A stretch of DNA of 61,739 nucleotides, the filler included, from Sanchytrium tribonematis (Eukaryota): assembly GCA_018985235.1 (NCBI GenBank). It is 14 parts of 14 records of this genome, joined end to end, with 100 filler letters (N's around TTAATTAATTAA, not from the genome) between each part and the next. Parts side by side here need not be neighbours in the genome. Positions count along the whole stretch, not along the records: positions 34,089 to 37,092 come from JADGIG010000934.1; positions 37,193 to 40,192 come from JADGIG010000935.1; positions 40,293 to 43,291 come from JADGIG010000937.1; positions 43,392 to 46,386 come from JADGIG010000938.1; 10 more parts are not named here. One strand, 5' to 3'. How positions within the stretch are numbered: the stretch's first letter is position 1; every line of letters starts with the position of its first letter. A model generated the notes under the pieces. It was not told the origin of the DNA. It was given only the letters and a program-made list of their open reading frames with translations, and ran no database searches. The translations under genes and the position numbers were made by a program. Shown here one piece after another: positions 35,408 to 46,486 of this stretch.

Positions 35408-36320
35408 ATGCTTTTTGCTATTAAATCTGCTGTACTGAGTATAGTCTTGGATATGATGAGTGAAAACACCAGAGGACCTAACATCACAACAATGCCAGAC
35501 ATTCTGTTTCTAAATAACGATAATGAATATTGTGTCAGTACTTATAGACTAGGCAAAGAAACAGTATTAGAAATTGTAAGTAAGATAGATCCACTTATTC
35601 CAGTCAGTAATACCAAATGCAACACTTTAACCAAAGTTTTAATAACATTATTCTATCTTGCTCACGGATGCTCGTTTACATCAATGCAGGCTACTTTTAA
35701 TGTAAGATCTACAACAATTGAATATATAGTATGGCAAATTGTAGATTTAATTAACAACACGTATAGAGAATCTACGATTAACTATAAACAGTACATGGAA
35801 GACTGGTTTACCAACCAAGCGAATTTATTTGATGAAAGATATGATAAAATCCCATATGGTGTATTTTGGGCTGTAGATTGTACCTATATCTACGTTATTT
35901 CACCAGATAGTGATCAATGGTTTGATTATATTGACAAAGATAAAGATATTTGCGTTAAAGCACAAGTTAGCACAAGTTTTGTGTAATTTTAACTATGAGA
36001 TTCTAGATGTTTTAGTTGGGTATCCAGGTTGCGTCCACGAAGTAAGTAATTTATTTAATTACTTTGAAAACACTAGCAATTTTATAACCAACAGATTTAA
36101 AATACTTGGTGATTCTGCCTATCCTACCAGACATTATATTGTAAAAGCCACAACAGATATTAGCCCTGAATCTGCAAGATCTGCAATAGAGAATTGTTTT
36201 GCCCAATTAAAGCAACAATGGCGAATACTCATGAAGCGGATGGAGTGTCATATTAGTCGCGTTCCTGTACTAGTGGTTGTATGTTGTATTCTATTCAACT
36301 TGTATAAATCTGAATTGTGA
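35408..36320 (+). pseudogene. PIF/Harbinger DDE transposase, frameshifted
   Basis: TLFYLAHG HTH, AVDCTYI, GYPGCVH, GDSAYP, RSAIENCFAQLKQQWRIL; frameshift from a 10-bp duplication at 35959-35978. Confidence 0.88.
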
Positions 36321-36342
36321 TTAAGTAAATGATTTATTCAAA

Positions 36343-37092
36343 ATTACTTTGCAACGTCTGATCTAATGATTCAAAACTTTCAATCAATGGTGCACTGTTG
36401 CTTGAAGAGATTTGTAATGATTGTTGGTCAGTTACACTAGGAGAACTAGACACAGAAGCAACAGGTTCCGCTTCAGCAGATAAATTTGAAATTTCATTTA
36501 CAAGAGCCATGACATCAGTTGCAGACTATCCCTCATTTTCTCTTCGCATATCCATAAATAGTTTTACTCTCATTTATTGTTTGTCTAAACGATTAGCAGT
36601 TGCAATCTCATTCAAAAGGTTTTTACAAACATTTTTTTTATCTTCATGGGCCACTTTACGCTTTTTGCGACCAACACGATCTGATCCAGCTGGTCTAATT
36701 GGCAGCTCATCTTTATTTGTTTTTGGTTCAGAATCGGCTGAATCAATCATTCTGGGAGGTTTTACACTCGGTTTATATCTAGAAATAAGTGCCTTAACTG
36801 CCGTATACTCATGAACAAATTTTAATGCTTCTCGTTCTGCTTTGTCGGGGAGGTAAGTACCTTACCTTTCTTTTCTTGAGCACGAATACCTTTATTGTAT
36901 GCCTTCCTAATTGCTGTCCATTTGGATTTCATATGATCAACCGTATATGGCCAATTTTCTTTCGTTGCTAATACCCGTTCCATTATAACTTCACGCACTT
37001 TTCCAAACGTCTTTTGCTTATCATTAATGGTTCGTCAAAGTTAATATCATTATAGTTTGCATAATCTTTATTAAACTTTAATACAGTCATTG
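36343..37092 (-). pseudogene. Myb/SANT-like DNA-binding ORF of the Harbinger element
   Basis: WPYTVDHMKSKWTAIRKAYNK; convergent with the transposase; frameshift from a 5-bp duplication at 36859-36868; boundaries approximate. Confidence 0.65.
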
Positions 37093-37192
37093 NNNNNNNN
37101 NNNNNNNNNNNNNNNNNNNNNNNNNNNNNNNNNNNNTTAATTAATTAANNNNNNNNNNNNNNNNNNNNNNNNNNNNNNNNNNNNNNNNNNNN

Positions 37193-37411
37193 CCCTCTAA
37201 AAAGCACGCAGACATTATCGTGCCTCGTGGAATTGATAATTTAGTGGCATTAGACTTAATTATTCAACATATTTATGATTTATTCAAATCAGGCCATTTA
37301 AAATTCCCTCAAAGATTAGAAAAGATTTGCGAAGAATCTCCCACATCTCCAAGAATTGACACGTTCTTATTTGATGATGGCATCAGTATTTACAAACCAG
37401 TACCAGAATAA
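37193..37411 (+). CDS. URK1: Uridine kinase (C-terminal fragment)
   Basis: [27 protein letters not shown]. Confidence 0.78.
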   Translation, partial: PSKKHADIIVPRGIDNLVALDLIIQHIYDLFKSGHLKFPQRLEKICEESPTSPRIDTFLFDDGISIYKPVPE

Positions 37412-37420
37412 TAAATGAGT

Positions 37421-37705
37421 TTATTGTAGCACTCTTGGTATTCTGTTTTTGTTAATTTTATAATTTTCGTTTCTATCAATCTCTATCATCTCATTTGATA
37501 TCTCCCTCTCTAATTCCATCAATATATGCTGTAGCTCTGTATATTGGTGTTTATTTAGCATCTTGATATATTCCTCGCTCAAATTTACTATTCGAAAATA
37601 CAAATTTTCTTTTTCTTCGTAAGATTGCGCCAATTGATATGCTCTGGTAATTTTAAAGTACCTAGATATTATAGTAATAGATAGAATCAAGTAAGAAAGA
37701 AGCAT
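37421..37705 (-). CDS. Hypothetical small protein with a hydrophobic N-terminus
   Basis: 94-aa ORF convergent with the uridine kinase. Confidence 0.4.
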   Translation of the reverse strand: MLLSYLILSITIISRYFKITRAYQLAQSYEEKENLYFRIVNLSEEYIKMLNKHQYTELQHILMELEREISNEMIEIDRNENYKINKNRIPRVLQ

Positions 37706-38340
37706 ATAGATATTTAAACTTTTCGAAAGCTTTCTTTTCTTTTTATTGTGCCTCTAATTTTAGATCAGCATGTTCATTATCAACTGAAAATCAAACAAAT
37801 ACTACATCTATGTTAAGCTGTAGATGCAATAATACACGCATACATTGAATCTTTTTCGTGTTTTTGCAAATGCCATTCTGAAACATAAATGACTTTCCCA
37901 ATCTCTTCCATTCGTCATTTAACAGCTTTCTTTCATTCCCTTCACAAATCCAATCATCAAATAAGCCTTCCATTGGAAATACTCATCAAATGCATCCCAC
38001 TTGATCAATGTTACATGCTCAATAAAGCATTAACTGCTTATTATCTCATTTCCAAACCATCATTTCTAACCAATTACCAATATCCCATTCCAATATATTC
38101 CCATATTTCCAAATGATCCAAAAATTAAAATTAAATGAAATCATTTCTCCCCATCTCTATCCATATTTATCCAATTTAAACCATTTATTACTTCATAATC
38201 ACCATTTATATACAATTCATGATAGTAAATGGTACATGTAATCAACTATTTGCTTCCATGAATGTATAAGGCATAGAATTTAATCGTCTAAATACTTCTT
38301 TGACTTTATCCAAAGTTTGATACAGGGATGGCTTATGATA

Positions 38341-38549
38341 AAGTGTTTACCCATCCAATTCCCCCTTCTGATCAAAACCCCGGGGGGAATTGAATAGGAT
38401 TTTGGCTATAAAAATACAATTCCCTGCACCAATACTTCTGGCTTTTCAAAAAAAATTATTAAAATCCATTCAATTCCCCGGGGGTTTTGATCAGGTTATT
38501 TGGTTGAGATTTACAAGTCCCCCGGGGGGAATTGGATGGGTAAACACTT
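38341..38549. mobile_element. 209-bp MITE with nested inverted repeats and TA flanks
   Basis: TIR AAGTGTTTACCCATCCAATTCCCCC at both ends; second internal IR CTGATCAAAACCCC...GGGGTTTTGATCAG; TA at 38339-40 and 38550-51. Confidence 0.85.
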
Positions 38550-38776
38550 TAATGTGAATATGGCGTACAACATGGTAAATATGAGACGCAATGATTAAGA
38601 AATAGATGCAGGGTCATTTTTGAGCTTGTTTGACCAATCAAAATGATTAATAAATTACTTGCAAATTAATTTGTGCTTACAGAGGCAGGCTACCTCCAAA
38701 AATGCTACCTGATCATCTGGGTAAAATTGATTGGTTTTAATGCGAAGAAATTTTTGACGGTAAAACACCCCTAAAA

Positions 38777-40192
38777 ATGGATGTAGCTGCGTGTATTACG
38801 GCATGTGTTACTGCTGCTGATTACGTCAAAAAACTATTACCGATCATAGAAAGAATCGAGCAAGCAATCTCAAATGAAGAAACGGCAAAATATATCAAAA
38901 TTCGATTAGATCTACTCAAATATGATCTAAATCACATTACATTAGACCAATATGATGAAATTAATGCAAATTCCAAATCCAAATTCCATAATTTATATAT
39001 AAAATTAATAGAAATCTCTGATTTTGTAGTCAAATTTGAAGGCAAATGGAAATTCACACATTTTAGATTATCCAGCAATGATAAAGGAACTTTAAGCCAA
39101 TTTGATAAAGAGTTGTCCGATTTATCTCAAAATCTAATCATGGCGTTGGTTTTGGATGTCAAAGATGATACGGTGAAGATTCTTCAAGACTCAAAAGAAA
39201 TTAAATATGATTTAAAGACTCTATTAAGCATGGACAATCTGGAGTTAAAAGAATTGTTATCTAGATCGATTTTGACCCTGAATTTGAATCACCAACAAGT
39301 AATGAACAAATTGGATCTTTTATTACCTCAAAGTGAGTCTGGGACTCTGAAGCAAGCTGAGACCGTTAAAGAAATTTATATTTCCAAATCTAGACCACTT
39401 TTTATTGATTATATTGATAATGTCAAGGTATTTAAAGACAAAGAACTGGGAAAAGGGATATATGGCTTTGTTTATTTAGGAGAATGGCAAAATAAGAAAA
39501 GAGCCATTAAAATATTCAAAAATGTGTCATTTACAAATCCAATGACATGCCAAGTGCTTTCAGATACTGTAGCAAATAGTAGCAGTATTATTAGGGAGAT
39601 TAAAACACTAGATAAATTATTTAGATGTGACTATATTTGCAATTATATCGGAGTTTCTTCAATTGATGGTGATTTGGCACTGGTGATGGAATATATTGAC
39701 AATTATTCACTCCATGAGTGGCTGCACACATTTCCAAACCACATGGAAGATCCAAATTCACTTACAAACCAACAAATTAATCAAATTCAAATTGGTGTTG
39801 CAGCTGGTTTAGCATACATGCATTCGCATGGAATAGCCCATAATGATGTTAAATCAGCCAATATCATGCTAGATAGTCAATTTTATCCCAAATTAATTGA
39901 TTTTGGAATGGTTAAAATTATTAGCACGACAACGAGATCAAGTGGAAATTCTAGCAAGAAACAACTGGGAACAGATTATTGGAGGGCACCAGAGTATTGG
40001 AAATATAATGAAGAGGTTGCTGACACGCGTGCTAAATATCCATATGCAGGAGATGTATTTTCATTTGGAATTGTTTTAGGGGAAATGGCAACAGGCAAAA
40101 TACCATGGGAGGGACTTACAAGCAAGATAATTGAGGATTCAATTTTCAAAGGCATGCGTCCATACTACGAACATCAATTAGAATCCAGTTTA
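38777..40192 (+). CDS. Protein kinase (TKL-like) with an N-terminal MLKL/HeLo-like helical domain (3' truncated)
   Basis: Kinase GKGIYG, AIK, HNDVKSAN, DFG, APE, GDVFSFG; the N-terminal 130 aa fit an MLKL-NTD-like pattern by eye. Confidence 0.8.
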
Positions 40193-40371
40193 NNNNNNNN
40201 NNNNNNNNNNNNNNNNNNNNNNNNNNNNNNNNNNNNTTAATTAATTAANNNNNNNNNNNNNNNNNNNNNNNNNNNNNNNNNNNNNNNNNNNNCGTCATTT
40301 AAAACTTGCCATTTTCTTGCAAATCAAACATCACACCAATCAACTAATTGTTAAAATCTATTTAAGCGGAC

Positions 40372-40734
40372 ATGAATACGCTAATTATGTTGTTCACTGT
40401 CATCTCTGCTCTTTCCATTATCGACCCAAAACCCACTTTTCCTACGAAGCCATGGAATTATTGTATCAAACAATACGCGACTGACTCTACTCAATATTTA
40501 AAAGTAGACAAGACAACATATGTCCAACAATGCATTCCGCCATATCAATATTGTCTAAATATGACAAAAACCATCAAATTTGCCAACAATGCAGCTGCAC
40601 AAGCTTTTATTATCTCTTGTACTCGCAAATACAAGTATTGTTTGGCAGAATTCAACAAGTTGGTATTCATCAGAGCACCTACTGATGATGAAAAACAAAA
40701 ATATATTCAGAATTGTATTCATACTTCAAAGTAA
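40372..40734 (+). CDS. Small secreted Cys-rich repeat protein
   Basis: Signal peptide; repeated YC...YVQQC / FIISC / YIQNC units. Confidence 0.8.
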   Translation: MNTLIMLFTVISALSIIDPKPTFPTKPWNYCIKQYATDSTQYLKVDKTTYVQQCIPPYQYCLNMTKTIKFANNAAAQAFIISCTRKYKYCLAEFNKLVFIRAPTDDEKQKYIQNCIHTSK

Positions 40735-41107
40735 ATCATGTGAATTTGTATTATACGCCCATTTCATTGTTAAAATTGTTCCTATATTTATTCATTAATA
40801 GGTTTCTTTCTTTCTAGAGTTGAGATTTATTCAACGCCCTTTATAACAATGGGCGCTTTGTTCAACGCCCAGATTAATTCAGTTGTGATTTATTTTTCCA
40901 AACACTATTTTCAAATTGAAGAAAATCTAGCAGTACTTTCCCAAGTCATATAGCAAGCACAAGGTATCAATTTCTATCTCTAAATACCACATATTCGTGT
41001 GACAAGCACAAAGTTGTATTAAATCTTGCCCATTCACTTGCAAATCAAAAACCACACCAATCAATCCAACTCACAATCTATTTAACCGAGACATCCGTCT
41101 ATTCATC

Positions 41108-41644
41108 ATGTTGTTCACCACCCTATCTGCAATTTCCATCATTACTCCAAAACCAGTTACTTATCCAAAACAAACATTGGCATATTGTCAAAAGAGATTC
41201 AGCAACATTCAATTCTTTGTGGCTGTTGATAAAGAAGCATGGATCAAGCAATGTATGAATTGTGAAATTGAATGTCAAGTCAAACCACCTGTTAAAAATG
41301 ATGCATACGAATATTGTATGGCAAAAACCCAACTTATTAAATTTGCAAATGCAGCTGCTCAACAAAATTTTATTCAAAATTGTATGAAAACGTATCAATT
41401 TTGTCAAAAACAACAATCCTCATTTCCAAATGCGGATCCAAAAAAAATCATAGCTCAATGTATTGATTTCAATTCAATTTGTGTGGCTAAAACTGCCACC
41501 ATGCTATTTGCATCTGGGTCATCTTCTCAAAATTATATTGATCAATGCACCAAATGTGAATTGGATTTTGCACAACTTCGATTTATCAAGGCACCTACTG
41601 AAGCAGAAAAAGCTACAATGATTAAAAAATGTATGTTAAAGTAA
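41108..41644 (+). CDS. Small secreted Cys-rich repeat protein (paralog)
   Basis: Shares IKFANxAAxQxFIxxC and FIxAPTxxEK with 40372-40734. Confidence 0.8.
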   Translation: MLFTTLSAISIITPKPVTYPKQTLAYCQKRFSNIQFFVAVDKEAWIKQCMNCEIECQVKPPVKNDAYEYCMAKTQLIKFANAAAQQNFIQNCMKTYQFCQKQQSSFPNADPKKIIAQCIDFNSICVAKTATMLFASGSSSQNYIDQCTKCELDFAQLRFIKAPTEAEKATMIKKCMLK

Positions 41645-41870
41645 ATATTTTATGAAATCACTGTTTATCCACCAGATATATGATGATCGTACTGATAAAC
41701 GCAAGTTTATGATTGATTGTGTTGTATATGGGCATAATAGATACGTTACGTCTCTTAAATACATGCAAAACTGTTTATCCCAATATTTGAAATGAGTGGT
41801 TACAAGTCCTAAATCATAATAGCTCATTCACTTGCAAATTAGACTACTACGAATCAACTGTTCGGAAATC

Positions 41871-42127
41871 ATGTTGCCCATCTTCATTATCGCTGCCATC
41901 TTTGCAAAAAACCATGCGGATCCTACTGCCTGGTTAAGGGTCCGACAATTAAACAAGCCGTAGCATATTGAATCAAAAAAAGTGGAGGAGCTCCTACTTC
42001 AATTCATTGGCAATCCCAATGTAACTTGAAGGCAAAAACTTGCAGAAGCAACGCTCCAACTTTTAAAACCAAAGATGAATATCGAAAATACTACGTGGGC
42101 TGCTTAACATTCAGTTATGGTGGATAA
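41871..42127 (+). pseudogene. Divergent third Cys-rich secreted gene, probably a pseudogene
   Basis: Signal-like MLPIFIIAAIFA; frameshift in an A-run; KQAVAY*IKK (TGA at 41969) versus KQTLAYCQKR; shares the upstream motif. Confidence 0.5.
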
Positions 42128-42233
42128 TAAATTCAAAATGAGTTTTCCAATTGATTTTTGGCGACCATACCCCTACTTTGATATTTTATTTTCTCTAAAA
42201 TTAGAGCCATGCTTATAAATAAACCAAACCCAA

Positions 42234-42950
42234 ATGAAATCTATGAAAAGTGCATTGATTACTGGTGCGAATAGGGGACTGGGATTAGAATTCGCAAAGC
42301 AGTTGGGGAAATTGGGATATCAAATATTTGCAACTTCTAGACAAGTGCAAATACCAACAGGGATGTCTAATTATGGGACAGCAGCACAGCCACAAACACA
42401 TACAATTGAATTACATCAAATTGCCAAAGTGATTCCATTAGATGTGGCAGATTCAAAATCCATCTCAGAATTGCCAAATCACATCAAACAGCCAATTGAC
42501 TTGCTCATCAACAATTCTGGTGTATTATTAAAAGATAATCTGCCAAATATCAACCAGGATAGTCTCTTGCAGCAATTTACAGTGAATTCCATTGGTCCCA
42601 TTTTAATTGCACAATCTTTGCTGCCACTTTTAGAGCAATCTAGTGATCCAAAAATAGTCAATATTACGAGTAGAATGGGCAGTATTCAAGATAATACATC
42701 AGGTGGACGATATGGCTACAGAGCATCCAAAGCAGCATTAAATATGATGACAAAATCATTTTCATTGGATAAACCCGCTATTACGACTATTTTATTACAT
42801 CCCGGGTATATTAAGACGGATATGACTCAGCAACAGGGTGATATGGAAGCAGATGAGGCTGTTAAAAGAATGATTAAAGTGATTTCAAATGTTTCAAAAA
42901 ATGAGAGTGGCAAATTCTTTCATCGGGATGGGCAGGAGTTGCCGTGGTGA
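42234..42950 (+). CDS. Short-chain dehydrogenase/reductase, CsgA/C-factor/sniffer-like
   Basis: TGANRGLG, NNSG, YRASK, HPGYIKTDM, C-terminal LPW. Confidence 0.92.
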   Translation: MKSMKSALITGANRGLGLEFAKQLGKLGYQIFATSRQVQIPTGMSNYGTAAQPQTHTIELHQIAKVIPLDVADSKSISELPNHIKQPIDLLINNSGVLLKDNLPNINQDSLLQQFTVNSIGPILIAQSLLPLLEQSSDPKIVNITSRMGSIQDNTSGGRYGYRASKAALNMMTKSFSLDKPAITTILLHPGYIKTDMTQQQGDMEADEAVKRMIKVISNVSKNESGKFFHRDGQELPW

Positions 42951-43391
42951 TTTCAATAAATGATTGAGTTGGCTGTTGTTCATGATGTAAATTTTTCATG
43001 TAATTTCTTTTCTATTACCAAGTCTGTTTTGAAATTACCAAAAATAGCCTCTTCATATTTTTCAAATTGGCAAAAGGGAAATCAAACCAATGGTGAAGCC
43101 ATCATAAAATGAGCTCATAATAGATGCACTTGTGAAACATCCCATTATCGTATTTAAACAGCCAGGTATAGCTTTTTAAATCCATGTTGTTCATTTTGTT
43201 TTTGACATCTATTTTTGCTGAAAGTATTTCCACCTGCCAGGCAGCTGCATGGTATTGGTATGAGGTTGGATATTATAGCTATGACTATTATNNNNNNNNN
43301 NNNNNNNNNNNNNNNNNNNNNNNNNNNNNNNNNNNTTAATTAATTAANNNNNNNNNNNNNNNNNNNNNNNNNNNNNNNNNNNNNNNNNNNN

Positions 43392-44644
43392 CGTCAAAAG
43401 ATCCAGTGACAGAAGAAACAACAGATTACAAGACCACATGTACACAATGGGTGACTATTTTACATTTAACAGCACCGACATTCTTTGTTTACTTTTTTGT
43501 GAGATGTGCGCATGTCGTGTTGATTTGTAAAGCACATTTGGCCAAATATTTCATATCTGAGAAGTCAAATCGAGATGATACATTAGTATGGTCGTATACA
43601 CGAGTAGATGATTTACTTAGATTCATAAATACACATGTAGCGACCTTTTTAGCCCCAAAGAATGAAAATATGGATAAATTCGAGACTTACTCGATTAAAT
43701 CAGATACGAGTCGAGTCTCATTCAAGAATGTCAAGAATAAGCTATTAGATTTCGCAAGAGCACAGAATCAAATCTCATTTTTTGGTGTTGTCAAGTCATT
43801 TTTAGTGGTTTGTATTTTTGAATGTTTGCTGCTCATTATCACGATATCTCTTAATAAAGACCACTTGGGAGACGTAGAACCATGTCCGATGACCAATTAT
43901 ATTGCTATTATGGGCATCGCATCAATGGGTATCCTCGTTTTACCGTGGTTCATTTTAAGTGTCCAACATGTGAATGAGAATTTTGGGATTAAAAAAGAAA
44001 TGATGTGGGTCAGCTTCGAGATTGTATTCTTTATGGCTTTATATGTCATCAATTTAAGTATTAAAAACACAGAGACTGGCCAATCTTTTGAAATCGTCTT
44101 TGGAAGTGATTTATGGATTATTTTGATGTTACTCAGTTTAGCCACCACGTGTTTATTAATCCCTGGTATCAATGGATTAATAGAAATCTACAAACACAAT
44201 ATCACGCAACGTGAAATCAAAAGAAGCGAATCTGAATACGTAGACATGCAATCTCAGTTTCAAAAAACAATTGAAAATTCAGCCATGTTTGACCAATTCA
44301 AAAAGTACTTGGTAGCCGATTTCGCCATTGAAAATGGTCTATTTTATGAGCAATTCATCAAATATACTCGTAAATATAACATGTTACAAGGTGGATATAC
44401 CACAAATGACCGAGAAGATTTATTAAATCATTTGAAAACCATTTACAATGATTTTATTCGATCTAATGCCACGTATGAGTTGAATTTACCAATGGATTTA
44501 AGGGACGAATTTAAATTGGCCTTAGAACAAGAAAGATTGGAATTGGGATTATTAAATCCAATAGCCCGGGAAGTTTCAAAAATGTTGATGGATAATAACT
44601 TTCCACGGTTCTATCATGATATATTAGCAAATAAAAAGAAATAG
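43392..44644 (+). CDS. Multi-pass TM (GPCR-like) protein with a C-terminal RGS domain (5' truncated)
   Basis: Several TM helices, then FKKYLVADFAIENGLFY, IYNDFI...YELNL, NNFPRF. Confidence 0.85.
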
Positions 44645-44767
44645 ATTCTTATTTTTAACCTTTTGTCTACATAAAGATGTTTTAGAATGTTACACAAGAA
44701 ATAAATTTGGGGTATTTTGTGCAACCCCCGTTGTTTAAAAAGAGATTACAGGGAGCCATCGTAAAAC

Positions 44768-45775
44768 ATGTTCACTCTTCTTTCCAATCTAATTGCAATC
44801 ACTCAATGTGTTGTAGGTGCTGGTTTAGCTGGCACTATTGCTGCTAAGAAATTAAAAGTTGCCTTTAATGATCATGAAATCGTTTTGATTGATAAACATT
44901 TCAATGGTGGTACGTTGAGTCAAGTAAAAGATGAATTAAGTATAACAGAGTCTGAATATAAAGAGTTAATCAAGGAATTGAATTTTGGGAAGGGTGCAGA
45001 ATTTAATATCGTTCGAGATCGTCACAAAGTGACTGAAGTAGCAGAATTGTTCAAACAAATTAGAGAATACATGGTCAATCATAATTTAGTGCAACCAATT
45101 CAAGCAGAAGTACTTTCAATTGATCTTGAGGAAGACCCAAAATATCAAATTCGATTAATATTAAGTGAAACAAAGGAAGGAGGTTTTCAAAAATGCGATT
45201 ATGTACACATGGCATTAGGTGGAAGTCCAAGAAAGCCATTTGAACTAATTGGAAATCCACAAATATTCAATATGTTTGAGTCATTAAATTATTTGAATAG
45301 TGAATATGTTGGAGAAGCAGACTTATCTGGTGGCAATATTTATATTGTTGGTGAAGGTGATACTGCGAAATTGATAATTCAAAAATTGGAAGATAAAATG
45401 CCGCATCATAGGTGCTTTTACTTGGTGAAGCGAAAATTAGACGTTATTAGATATGCTACAACACCATTTTATTATGATCCGCTTGGAATTTTGACTGTAG
45501 ATGAATTTAAACAAAGACAATTGAAAGAAGAGGATATTGTATTTTATGCAAATGGACTTGAGCTAGAAACATTGCCAACTGTCTTTTATAAAAACAAGGG
45601 AATTATAATGGACAAAAGAGAAAGGGGGCGGTATACAACTTATACGACATTCCTAAATTCAATTCACTATAAAATATATGCGTTGGGATTAATGCAAGGT
45701 AGAGGGTCAATGTTTGTATTTGTGTGGGCAATCAAAACAATTATTAATGATATAAATAAAGATTTAGGCAAATAA
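44768..45775 (+). CDS. FAD/NAD(P)-binding oxidoreductase-like protein, divergent
   Basis: VVGAGLAG Rossmann motif and a second IVGEGDTA motif. Confidence 0.65.
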   Translation: MFTLLSNLIAITQCVVGAGLAGTIAAKKLKVAFNDHEIVLIDKHFNGGTLSQVKDELSITESEYKELIKELNFGKGAEFNIVRDRHKVTEVAELFKQIREYMVNHNLVQPIQAEVLSIDLEEDPKYQIRLILSETKEGGFQKCDYVHMALGGSPRKPFELIGNPQIFNMFESLNYLNSEYVGEADLSGGNIYIVGEGDTAKLIIQKLEDKMPHHRCFYLVKRKLDVIRYATTPFYYDPLGILTVDEFKQRQLKEEDIVFYANGLELETLPTVFYKNKGIIMDKRERGRYTTYTTFLNSIHYKIYALGLMQGRGSMFVFVWAIKTIINDINKDLGK

Positions 45776-45823
45776 AAAATCTGAAGAATAAAATATTTAA
45801 AAAAAATCTCCGTCGTTTGATCT

Positions 45824-46386
45824 TCATTTATTCAACCATTTCGTAGCAATAATGCAGCATATCAACAACGCACCAATACCATAAATGTAATATAAATAAG
45901 CAGTCACATTTTTATCAAATTGTAGTAAACTATTTATAACAGCAACAAACATCAAGAAATAACCAATCCACCAATGGGATTTATCTCTAGTTGGGATTTC
46001 TGTGCGAATGGCATTGTATTTCTTATCAATATAAAAACCGAGTGCAATTTGGATGACCATGGTGCTTAATAATGCGAAACCAATGATGACATGTAATTTG
46101 GATGGAAAAATGCCATTTCTACTGATCCAAATGGCAATTAAGCCATATAAACTCAATGCGAATACACAGAAATTGATTAATCTGTGAATATGGAACCAAT
46201 ATTTACCAATTTGATGTTTCAATCTAGCAACTAAAACAGCAAATGGGACTAAAATCATCCAACTTAAACTCATGACAATACCATGATTCTGTTTATTATT
46301 GGTGCCACTATTTAATAAATTCAAATAAAATGCATTTTTAGCATTTCCACGATGTTCTGGGAAATCTGCATTTGTTGAGTTTGAAT
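45824..46386 (-). CDS. Cytochrome b561-domain protein (5' truncated)
   Basis: Four heme-ligand His motifs: HGIVM, WFHIH, LHVIIG, SHWWIG. Confidence 0.85.
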
Positions 46387-46486
46387 NNNNNNNNNNNNNN
46401 NNNNNNNNNNNNNNNNNNNNNNNNNNNNNNTTAATTAATTAANNNNNNNNNNNNNNNNNNNNNNNNNNNNNNNNNNNNNNNNNNNN

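Noticed and set aside
41969..41971. TGA at a position where paralogs have Cys (selenocysteine or recoding?)
   Set aside because: The same copy also has a frameshift, and TGA ends other genes here (SDR, COQ2). A nonsense mutation is the simpler explanation.
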